From assembly GCA_039621445.1 (NCBI GenBank), contig CP154954.1, positions 18,338,642-18,402,641 on the forward strand: a stretch of DNA of 64,000 nt, given 5' to 3'. Origin of the DNA: Euglena gracilis (taxonomy: Eukaryota). Shown piece by piece: positions 50,501 through 62,200 of the stretch. The translations under genes were made by a program, and so were the position numbers. A model generated the notes under the pieces. That model ran no database searches and was not told where the DNA came from. It worked only from the letters and a program-made list of their open reading frames with translations. Every line of letters begins with the position of its first letter. The first letter of the stretch is position 1.

Positions 50501-53500
50501 TATTTATATCCTGATGAATTCACGGAATAACGGAATGGAAAGCATTCTGGAATAATAAGCACAACAGCAGCCGGTGCTGAACGTGTGAGTGAATGAACCA
50601 AATTTGAAAACGATTCAGTGCTCACTGTTTTGAACAAACCCACCAACCCCCCGCCCCAGGAAAGTGTTGTGACCGAGAGAGAGCCTGCCTCTTCTGAGAC
50701 CATGTCTCCAACGCTGGCCGATTTGTTGACGCAGTCCTGTCCCAAAAAAAAAATACACAGATGCGCTAATAGAGAGCCGCTGCCTCCGGCGGCGGGGGTG
50801 CGCTTCTATTGGACCCAACCTGCATGACTTCTTGTTGATTTTCTTTTGAACCCCCTCAAAAATGGAGCATGTGCTTCCAAGGAACCGGAGTTTGGCGGTG
50901 CAGGGTCCGCTTCCATTTGGACCTGGGCTGGTAGCTGGCCCCGAACCTCTATTGTGGGGGGGGGGTCAGGAAATTGTCAAGGCCGCCGGTACTGACCGAC
51001 CATATGGGCTTGAGAGGGGAGTGACACCTTGCTGTCTCATCCACCCCAGGCACCTGAGAAGCATTTCCGGCCTGCGTGGGAGCGGTCGTGCACCACATCA
51101 TCTGCAATTTCATCGAATGCCCCTCCGGGGCCAGGACAGAACAGGCTTCGGCAAAATGGCCAGGGGGTGGGGGGGGGGGTCGACCCCCCCACCCCCTCCT
51201 CCGGCATTTCCGGGAGCACCAATTCTCGACCCCAAAGAATTTGTGAAAAATGCTGTGGTGGGTCTGGGTGGGGTGGGGGGTCGACCACCCTCCCACCAGG
51301 CCTTCCCGTTCTGCCCCGGACTTTCCAGCGTTCCTGCTCTCCGGCGCAGGGATGCCCCGCGGGGCGCAACACGTGCCCCGCCCGGCCGGGGGAGGACCCC
51401 ATCCACAACTACATGGGCTACACCGACGACAGCTGCATGTCCGAGTTCACGCCCAGGGCTACCGGGAACCCCAGAAACAGGCATTGGTTTTAGGGCATTC
51501 TTTTAAAAATGATTCAGGTATTTAAAGGTATTTTTGAGGCGTTTAAAGGCATTTCGTCGGAAATTCAAATTTTAGCCATTTTGAGGTTTTAAAAAAATAT
51601 ATAAATAAAAGTAAATACTTGAAAATAGCCATTGTTTATAATTTTATAATAATGTCTGCCCGGAAACTCTATGGGTGGTGGGTGGCAAGGGGGTCCGACA
51701 ACCCTCCACCCTCCAGTGGGGGGAGGTCAACCTGGAAACAGTCCTGTCCACGCCAGGGCAGAACGAGCGCATGCAGCAGGTGATGCAGCGATACCGCGCG
51801 CCGCTGGTGACGCAAGGTGGCGCGGTGCCTGGCCTGTAGGCATCGGCAGCGGAGACCACAACTCGTCGGTGGTTTGTAGGGTACAATGAGCGTCCCCACA
51901 ATAGATTGCCACACAGGGCTGTACAGGTGCACCAGCCAGGGGGAGGGATTTCTGGGGCACCAGTCACCCGGGTGTCTTATAGCCTCTCCAGGTTTAAGGG
52001 TAGTTCAACCCACAGTGTATATGTGTGTATATATAGAAATATATATACACATAATATATATATACATATATATACATATATATACGTCGATTAAGTGCAA
52101 TGCTGATTGTTCAAACAGAGTTTGAGTGCCTTGTCATTTTCCACAGGACTCGTGGCTGGTAATTGTACATTTGGGTATTGCATTTGCTCTGAAGCCTCCC
52201 GGACGTGCAGTTTTAACCCAGGTATTTGCTGTTTCAATCCCCATGGCATTTCTCTCATCAGTATTCAAATGATGTTGTTGGTTACGTGATTGTATTGAGT
52301 TTTGTTGTGTTTGTTGTCTTTGATGTGATGATGTCCAATTTATTTTTTATCTGACACAATTTTTGTTGTATGATGCAACATGAATATAAATGTATGGCGT
52401 GGTTGCAGTATGATGATTATTTTTTCAACATACGACATGATCATTGGCATGAAAAATAGGATGATTGATCGATAACAGATTTTTTGGCCCCCTCCGCTGT
52501 ATCTTTTGTCTTGCTATATTTTAGAACCATTTTCAAGGAATATTTGCTGTGCTTGTCGATTTCTGAAAGTACACACCCAGGCACAGCTTATCGACAGCTT
52601 TTCTCATGTATTTGTGTGTGTGTGTGTGTGTGTTGCAGTGTTTCTCAACTTGTTTTGTTTTCAATGTGTATTGTGAAGTAATGATGTTGCATCGTTGCTC
52701 GGCTTCTGACAGGACCCGTTTTCTTTTTATTGTGCCGATGTTTGCAATTTGGGAACATTTTTTTCTCAAACCGCATAAAGATTGGCAAGGCAGCGTTTTC
52801 AGCGTCTTTCGGGCACGCAGCTGCGAGATAAGTTATTGGCTCTATTCCCTTAGGATTTCATCTGTCTCTGTTTGGCGCGTGTGTGAAGCATGAAATGATT
52901 AAAGCCAAAAGTCCTGGGTCAGTATATCTTCGATCATGCGTGTATTTCTGAAACAGGAGGCATTTTCAGGTCCAAGCAATTTTTTTTTCCCACTGGGCCA
53001 GGGGATTGATTACTTTCCCAGGTGTTGATTGAAGTTGCTGGGAATAGGTTCAGCTCTCTCCCATTCAAATTGATGCAATGAAAAGGAAATGCCCAGATTT
53101 TTTATAATGTTTTCGGAGAAAAACACACCCCAGTCGGCATATCTGCCTGTTTCAGGTCCACATGTTCAGCTCATTCCATAAGCACTTTTCCTCCCGGCTT
53201 CCTGCAAGCGATTTGCCAGGTCTTTGGATCCGAACTGGTTGCACCAGTCAACCACAGAGTCAATTCAAAGTCCCATTGTAGACTACACGGGTTTATGCAA
53301 CACGGTCACCCCCCAACCCACCGTCTTTCGTTTCCACTTTCTTCCAATCAGGGGATGGAGGGTTGTGTGGCTGTGCCGTCCACGGCCAGTGCTCTGTCAC
53401 GGGAGGTTGCTATTGTGCCCCCAACTACACCGGGAAACATTGCGGTGTGCATCTCCACAGCAGATGATGTCCTCATCCACTGCGAATCGAAACGACACCT

Positions 53501-54116
53501 GCCAGCAATTCAGCGATGCAGCAAGTCAAAGAGGAGCCATAAACACCCAATTAAAAGCCCCTCGCACCCTCCCCCAAATGGCAACCCCGAATTTTTCCAC
53601 CAAGGATCCTAAATGACAGACCTGCCCAGCCCTACCAGGGCGTCCCTCATTGAAAATAATCGCATCCCAGGACCGATTTGTTCCGAGAATGGGGGAAATT
53701 CCGAATTTCCTCAAGTGAATCACGTTTGGGAAAATTTTTATTTCTAACATCGGCGGGATTCTCACGGTCATGGAGCCATCGACGGCGCTTTGCCATCCCT
53801 TCAGCCAAAGGGCAAAGTTTTGCAGGGGGAAGGCTCAACATCTTGTTCTTTCACTTTTTGTGTCTTTGCTGAGGAAGGGTTGTGAGGGTCCTCTGTTAAA
53901 GAAAGAATCAGTTAATTGACCATCAAAGCATCCATGCGCCATCCACCAAAGTATTTTTGACACTCACATTGCATCCAAACGCTTTCCCCCTCAACCACCA
54001 ATTGTGGACGAGACCTCCAATTAAAAACCCCTCAAGACGATCTTTCGGTCATATGGCACAAACCATGGATTTACGAAGGGAGAAGGGAGTTTTTTGGCCC
54101 ACCTGTCTGTATGCCT

Positions 54117-54181
<65 letters not shown>

Positions 54182-56803
54182 GCACTCACGCACGCACGCA
54201 CGCACGCATGCACGCACGCACGCACGCGCGCGCGCACATGCACGTACTCGCCCATACACACATCCAGGCACTCACATGTTTGTATCGTATGAATTCGTTC
54301 AATATAAGTTCGCATCTTTGAAAATCCAAATTCAAATCAAACCTATTTTAATTTTTGCAAGGAGGCAACAAATTGTATGCATGTGGTGTGATAAGTTTTT
54401 GCACACGTGTTCAAAAAACACAGAATGCACAAAAATATAACCCCCAAATAATGATATGTCCTGTTTGGGGATTTCAATATAGCCTCCCCCCTGCCAAACA
54501 TCTGTGGTGCAAATCTGGCAACGAAGAGCACTGGCAGGATGAAATCATTGGTCCAACAAAATTGAGGCATGTATGGACGTAAAAACAAAAAAAATAGAAC
54601 CAAAACGTTCCAAAACGTGAAAATATCCAGAAATTATGTAAATATGTGCATTGGGGGGGTTAATTTAAAAAATATTGCCGAAACAGTGTACCCTCCTTTG
54701 ACCCCCGATTTCGGACGCCCAAGTATTCTCCCCCTCGGGTGCATGGTTTGGAGGTGTTTATGTTTGTGTTAATACACATACACATCGATCATTGTGTTTG
54801 CATATATGGCAAATTGCAAAATTTGTCCACACAGAAACAGCATGCCTGTGTGCATCTGTCTGTGTGAATGTGTTGTGGTCTGTGTGCGCGTGCGTGTGTG
54901 CGTGCGTGCGTGCGTGTCTGTGTATTTATGTGTGTGTGCCTGCATGTGTGTGTGTGTGTGTGAATGTGTGTGTGTGGAAACATGAGCACGGGTGTGCCTC
55001 CCCAGCCCGCCCCACAGAGTGGTGCCAGCCCTGGACCTCCGGCCCCAACTGCACCGCGTCGGTGGCCGGGGACGGGCTCGCGGCGTTCTTCACCTCGGTA
55101 CTTGTCCCCGGCGATGGCGTGCTGGCGGGGGCCGACGTGCGGCTCACCCTGCAGCCCCACCGCTCCCCTGGCCGGACAGCCCAGCCCGGGCAAGTGAGGC
55201 CCCCTCCAGGAAAAAAAAGAAAGAAATTGGCAAATTGGTGTCAAATGTGGTACGTGTGCGCGACGATGGCTTTTTCCGGCGCTGTGTTGGACCCTTTCTG
55301 GGGATGGTTTGACCCAGGTCGACCAGGAAAAGGCCACACCAAGCAATGCTTTTTTCCATCCCATAGGAATCCTCTATTGAAGGACCAGCAGTGATGGAGG
55401 GTCCGGTCCAGCGGGGTGTGCGAACGAAGCTCCTTGGGCGGCGGCTTAGCGAACCCCAACGTGGCCTGGCCCCGAGCGATGCAGTGGTCTGCTGGCTCAT
55501 ATGTGTGGCTATTGGAAACCCTTTGGTGGTGGTGGTGGTGGTGGTGGTGGTGGTGGTGGTGGTGGTGGTGGTGGTGGTGGTGGTGGTGGTGGTGGTGGTG
55601 GTGGTGGTGGTGGTGGTGGTGGTGGTGGTGGTGGTGGTGGTGGTGGTGGTAAAAGTGGAAGTGGTGGTGGTGGTGGTGGTGGTGGTGGTGGTGGTGGTGG
55701 TGGTGGTGGTGGTGGTGGTGGTGGTGGTGGACAACGGTTACTCAATTTTGGCTTTGCCTCGGCTATTGGTCTTCGCTTGCTTTGGAGCCCCCCTCGAGGG
55801 GTCGAGGGTCTATGGCCCATATTGCTGAAAATTGACTGAGAATTGTTGAAGATTGACCCCGCTTTGATGTGAGCGTGGGGGGTAAACCTGCAAATTTCAA
55901 ATCTTGTTTGTGCATTTTCAGAATCGCTTTGAAATTTGTTTTCTAAATTGCACGACATTTGTGAGTTCAAAAGCGCCAGAAAATTGTTTGCAAAGTCCGA
56001 ACGTGGACTCTTTGGCTATAATTTGAGGGGCAGGGACTCCAGAACATTGCCAAAAAAAAAATGCTTTATTTTTGCCGTTCTTGGGGTACCATTCTCCCTT
56101 TGAAGATAATGACACTCCCATATCGGGGGGGGGGTGGCACTCAAATTTAGCAATATTTCTATGGTCTATGGCTTATGTTCGTTCAATTCTGGATAGTTTG
56201 TCCCAGAATCCGCAAAGGATGCCAAGATAAGCCTTGGGTGTTTCTTAACAACTGATTTTAAGAAATAAGCCTCGTTTATCTTCCATTTTTCTGCTTGCTT
56301 GACGTTTTTTTCCCCGTTCTTTCTTTCTCGCAGGAGTGGTTTGGCTTTTGCAGCGCGCGCAACGAACACCAGTGATGGATCAATTGTGAACGGTACGTTG
56401 GGTGCACGGTGGCCGCTGCAAGTGACGTTTCATATTCGAGAGTTGTGGGATTGGGCATCTGCTTGTAAGCCTCCACGGTTTCTTCAGGCATTTTTTTTTC
56501 TGTTTAAAATTTTTCAAAGACCTTTGTCGTTTGTCGTTGTAATTGCAAGATATTCTTCTTGCACGATTACAAACGTCTATTTTTGCCCAATTAATGATAA
56601 ATTTATGTCAATTGGTTGTGATGGTTGTAGTAACATAAAACATGTGGATATTGCATGTTTGATATATACATGCATATTTGCATATGCATGCATTGATGTA
56701 TATGCATGTGCATATACATATGTATATGTATATATACGTAAATGCATATGTATATATGAATATGTACATGTATATGTATATGTTTATGTATATGTATATG
56801 TAC

Positions 56804-56896
<93 letters not shown>

Positions 56897-57582
56897 CATA
56901 TGTGGCCAGTGTATCCCTGGGGGGGTATTGAAGTGGACCCTTGGTTTGGCACGGCACCCTGGGGTTAGTGAAGGCGTACGACCGGCCGGTCGGATTTCGC
57001 TCGCCTGCACTGCAAATCCCACCACCTTCTTTTTCAGAGTCACTCCAGAGGCAAAGAGAGGTCCCAAACCCTTGTGGGGCCGACCGTTCAGCAACTTTTA
57101 TCTTTCTTTTCCCCTGCCTGTTTTTTCGCCTTTGGGAATCATGCCGGGGAGGGGATTTGCGCATGCGGCTGAACCGCCTGAACCGCAAAGGCCGGCCACT
57201 CTTGACCCTGACCCTACGCTTTCACCAACCCCAGGTGCCGTGCCACACCAAGGGTCCATTTAAATACCCCCCTTAGTTGCATTAAGGCTTCTTGTCTATT
57301 TTAATACCCCCCACGGGGAGTAAAAGGTGCATTTACATTTTTTTTGTATTTAATATTTTTCAAAGATCTTTGTCGTTTGTCGTTGTAATTGCAAAGCATT
57401 CTTCTTGCACGATTTCAACGTCTGTTTTTTCCAAATTTATGATTATTGTATGTCAATTATTTGTAATGGTTGTAATTAGAATAACAATTTTCAGTATAAT
57501 ATAATTATGTGAATTTTGTAATTTTGGTTTTGTATATGTATAAATATGTATATGTGCACGTGTACGTGTACGTGTACGTGTA

Positions 57583-57661
<79 letters not shown>

Positions 57662-58450
57662 GTGTGTGTGTCTATGCATACGTGTATGTAGTGTATGTTT
57701 CTTTGCAAATATGTATGTGTGTCTGTCTGTCTGTCTGTCTGTCTGTGGGTATGTATGTATGCATATATGTATGCATGTGTGCATGTACCATGTCCCCCCC
57801 CTTACTGTTCCCGTCCCGTGGCCCCCTTTTGGGTCCATGGGAACAGTAAGGGGGGGGGGACAGTAAGGGGGGGGACAAGCTCCCCCCCCCCCTTACTGTT
57901 CCCTGGGCCATGAACCAACCAACCAAGTTAGACCCAAAAGGCGACCTAAAATGCCAAAATGAGGCTTTTTTGGTTTGCTTGAAAATTGCACCTCCACAAC
58001 ATCCATTTTGGCATTAGGTTGGATTTTGGTGGGATGGAAAGCACCTAAAACCGACCAAAAAATTCCCCTTTTTACCTTGTGTTCCAAGAACCCTTTACAA
58101 AAAAGTGCTATGACACTGTACTGTTCCCGTCCCCCCAATGGGAGCAGTAAGTGGGGGGAACAGTAAAGGGGGGGGCATGGTATGTATGTATGCATGTATG
58201 TATGCATGTATGTATGTATGTATGTATGTATGTATGTATGTATGTATGTATGTATGCATGTATGTATGTATGCATGTATGTATGGATGTATGTATGTATG
58301 TATGTATGTATGTATGCATGTATGTATGTATGCATGTATGCATGTATGTATGTATGTATGAATGTATGGATGGATGGATGGATGGATGGATGGATGGATG
58401 GATGGATGGATGGATGGATGGATGGATGGATGGATGGATGGATGTGTGCA

Positions 58451-58504
<54 letters not shown>

Positions 58505-59010
58505 GGTTTATTACACAGTTGTATTTTATCTCGTCTGTGGATGGTTGGTGGTGGGGAATAGACATTAGGGTAGGTTTGTGAGGGTGCAGGCGCTGGATCG
58601 TACACCGCATTTTTGACAACATTGCCAGTATTGGCGTGTGATATCTGGGTTGGTGTTTATTATTTTCTTCTTTGGGAACCGAGTGGCTGGCTATGGTTTG
58701 CCCTTCTCACCCCATGACTTGCCCTCGTGAATCGCAATAATGGAAGCAGCATCCTGCTCTCAACCTCCAGAAGTTGATGGTGCTGTGGTGGGACGGAGGG
58801 CAATGGCTAGAGCCCACCGCGGCGGCGCGCGCGTCCTCCTCCAACGCCTCCTCCCTTGTGGGGGTGGACGAGGAGGCCCGCACGGTCACGTTCGGGCTGT
58901 ACCACACTGGCGAGTTCGCTGTGTTCGAGTCCCATGCCGTCACCCGCACCGCTTCCGTCTGGGTTTTGGCCGCGAGCGTCCTCCTCCTCCTCCTCTTCCT
59001 CCAGCTTTAG
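47589..59010 (+). CDS. Peptidase M43 (pappalysin/ulilysin-like) zinc metalloprotease with EGF-like segments and hydrophobic C-terminus; exons 47589-47714, 49971-50021, 51350-51450, 51752-51816, 52147-52221, 53352-53444, 55018-55193, ~56334-56453, ~58762-59010
   Basis: [18 protein letters not shown] (HExxHxxGxxH), [16 protein letters not shown] (Met-turn), FTPGQ..RM; CAVHGQC...[18 protein letters not shown]-terminal [17 protein letters not shown]. Mix of GT-AG and nonconventional introns; 5' exons unresolved. Confidence 0.88.
55524..55730. repeat. (GGT)n trinucleotide repeat
   Basis: Directly visible. Confidence 0.98.
56700..58505. repeat. Microsatellite cluster: (TATGTA)n ~56700-56900, (TATGTG)n ~57540-57670, (TATG)n/(GATG)n/(TTG)n ~58180-58505
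   Basis: Directly visible. Confidence 0.92.
56918..57272. mobile_element. MITE with ~55-bp imperfect TIRs
   Basis: GGGGGTATTGAAGTGGACCCTTGGTTTGGCACGGCACC / GGTGCCGTGCCACACCAAGGGTCCATTTAAATACCCCC. Confidence 0.8.
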
Positions 59011-59232
59011 TGACAGCCACATTATTATTCTATCGGCCAAAGTTCATTTAATGCACGGGAGTCAAGCATTATTGTTGTGTGTTCTTAGTGTCAAAATGCT
59101 GGCTGTTGGATTGTTGGTCGCTGACACGTTTGAGGCATTGTGCTTTCAACTTCCACGGTGGATATTTGCCCATCGTCAATTTCCATCAGCCTTTGGGGTG
59201 AGAGTGATTTCGCGCCCATTTCACGCCCCGTC

Positions 59233-62200
59233 TTAAAAGCGCAAGGCTTTCTCGGACGGCGAGGTGCGAACTAGGAGAACAGAACCAGGGACCTCGGGCT
59301 CCGCACTTTTCCCTTGCGAAGCCATATTGCGGGCACTCCCAGGGAGGATGACCTGGGAGTACCGGAACATGAGGGCGAAGCAAAAAAGGGGGGTGAGGTC
59401 CTGCTTCTTTTGCCGGCTTGCTGTGTGATTGTTTTTTGGCGAGGACTTTCTTACTGCTTTTTGTTGCCGGAGTTGGCGTTTTCCTGATGTCTCCGCCGGT
59501 CCTGGTGAATGGAACACGGAAGGGGCCCTTTCCTCCTGGTCTTGCGGGCTCGTTCCTCCCCCGGGGGGGGGGGTGGGGGGGACCGGGGGGTGGGCGTGTT
59601 GGGGTTGGGATGGGTGGATCACCCCTCTTGGCTTTCTGCCCTCATGATCCGTTTCCCCCCAGGTCATCTCACTGGGGGGGGGGGGGGGGGGGGGCGGGCT
59701 CGCTTCCCCCCCAGTGGGGGGGGACGGGGGGTGGGCGTTTGTTGGGGTTGGGATGGGTGGGATCACCCCCTCTTGTGCTTCGCCCTCATGATCCGTTCCC
59801 CCCAGGTCATCCTCACTGGGAGTGCCAGACCATTCGGGCTGCGCACACTCTGGGGGTGAGGTGTTGTGCGCGCCCCTTGCCTTAATGAATATTTTTCCGC
59901 CTTTTCCACTGCACCCAATCTTAAATAAACCCCCAAAAAAAATAAGACCCCCCCAAAAAATAAGACCCCCCCCCAAAAAATAAGACCCCCTCTGGGCCGA
60001 TCGAGCAAAAATCCAAAAATAAGACCCCCCCCATAAATAAGACCCCCCCTGACGGCGCGAAGCGCCGGGGACGGTGAAAATTTTCCCTGAGAAATTGCCA
60101 AAAACCCAAATTTCACACACAAAAATGATGAAATTTCAAAAAATTTCAGATTCCTGAAGTGCAAAAAACATGCTGAATGTCAACTTACACAAATGTACAC
60201 ATGGCGCGAAGCGCCGAAGGAAAATTTCAAGTGTTTTTGGGAACCTCAAAAATGATGTTTTTTTCGGGCCCGGGTCGGTCAAGAAAAAAACGAAAAATAA
60301 GACCCCCCCAAAAATAAGACCCCCCCCCTGGAGGTTTCCAGCAACGGACCCAAAAATAAGACCCGGGTCTTATTTTGGGGGGGGGGTTAGTGTGCTGAAA
60401 AGACTTGTGAATTTTTCCATTGGCCAAGTTCACACACTTCTTCACTTGAAAACCCCAAGGTTTTGTACATCAGCACTCCAGCACCCCTTGTAGAATGAGC
60501 AGTCCAGTGAGACACGGGGAATCCAAATTTTTCCATGAGATCTTTTGCCAAAGAATTAATGGTATTGGAGGTGAGGGGTTTTTTCCCATCCAAACTCCAG
60601 AGTAATGGTCCCCCAGGGGCAAAAAGGATGTACGTTTCACATACTCTAACATGACATGATAAGGGGGTAAAAGGGGGTTGGAATCATTTTTCAAGAGTTG
60701 TTCCCACTTTGGCACTTTCCAGCCCTTTCTCTGGAACAAAACGAAAATCTTTTCACCAACCACAGAGAGAGATCTCTGTGTTCTGGCCAAATCAATACCC
60801 CTGTGTAAGGCAAAGAGTCTGAACAACAAAATGATTCTGAGTCTCAACTCACTGGTGGCCATGATGTCCAGTGGACCCCCCTCCCCCAGTTTCTGTAAGA
60901 TGGGCAGGGGATCCCAAAAGGTTGCATATTTCTGAACATTTTTATTCCAACAGGATTTAACATCCTTCAACAAAGGGTGAAAAGAGACACGTTGGAAACC
61001 AGGGAGTGATGTGACTGCAAATAAAGCGTTTCTGGCGTCAGCACTCGTCATTCTGTGCAGCTCCAGGATGCTGTGCACAATGTCCAAGGTGGTTGCCTGC
61101 AGGGGGTCCAGACCCTTGCCTTGCAGCAGCACATACAATTTTCTGAAGGCCCTGTTGTATCTCATCAGAGTGGAGGCACGTTTTAAGATAATGTCAATTT
61201 GTGAAGCTGACACTGTTTGCTGTTCCAAAAGGAACCTGAAACAATGCTGCAGGCTAGGGGCCATTTTCGCCTGGGCATTGATTCCCCCCAAGAGTTTTTG
61301 AACATCCCTTGGCAGGGGGGAATCACTAACATTTTCGCCCCAGGTTTGGACATTTTTGTTAACAGGGGCCACCATGCACTTGAAAGCCACATGGGGGTTA
61401 CTAAAAGGCATTTTACCTGTTTGTTCATAGAAAGTTTGATGAGCCAGGGCATTATGACTTTCCGGGGGGTTGGCATACACTTCCACCACGCCATCCAGAC
61501 TGCAGTTCAGAGCATCCACCAGAAAAGCTTGGTGGTGAAGCCATCTGGAACAAAATTTTGGGAACTTCGTGTTCCCTGGGAATGCAAACATGTCCACTGA
61601 TGGGGTGATGTGCCCTTGAAAAAATCTGAAAATTTTTTGAAACATGATGGGGTTTAGGGTATAATCCCCCCTGTCCTGTGACCACCTTGTTAGGGGGTCT
61701 GCCACCACCTTTTCGGAGGGTACCCACTGGACATGGAGCTGAACTTTGTTTTGCCAGCACCACTTGAAAAGGGGGTGTAAAATTCTGCTTAGGTTTTCTT
61801 TCCTTCCCCCCCATTTTTGTAGATAGCTTACGGCTACGTGATTGTCCACATTCAGAAGGACAGTTTCTCCTGGCTTTGCAAAGGCTTTCACAGTGTTTAC
61901 TGCTGCAGCTAATTCCTTCACATTTATGTGGAGCAAACTTTGCTCCACCCAAAAATCCTGGATGAACAAATTTTTTGTGCTGTCAACCCCCCCCAGGCCC
62001 AGGTGGATGAGTCGGAGTGCAGCACATGTTTGGGTGTTTTTAAGAAGGGTCGACCTGCCCCTGGCACCAGGAACTCTTTGAGATGTTTGATTTCCAGTTT
62101 CAACTGGGGGGGTATTGGTACTGCAAAATCCCAGCCCATGGTATCGTTTAACTGGCTGAATTTTTTGACATTCCTGTGTGACCAGCCTTAGGAATGGAAG

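Noticed and set aside
55144-55970. Poly-T/V/G/P/W ORFs (possible mucin-like stalk)
   Set aside because: Pure (GGT)n with almost no synonymous variation; no supported splice sites including it.
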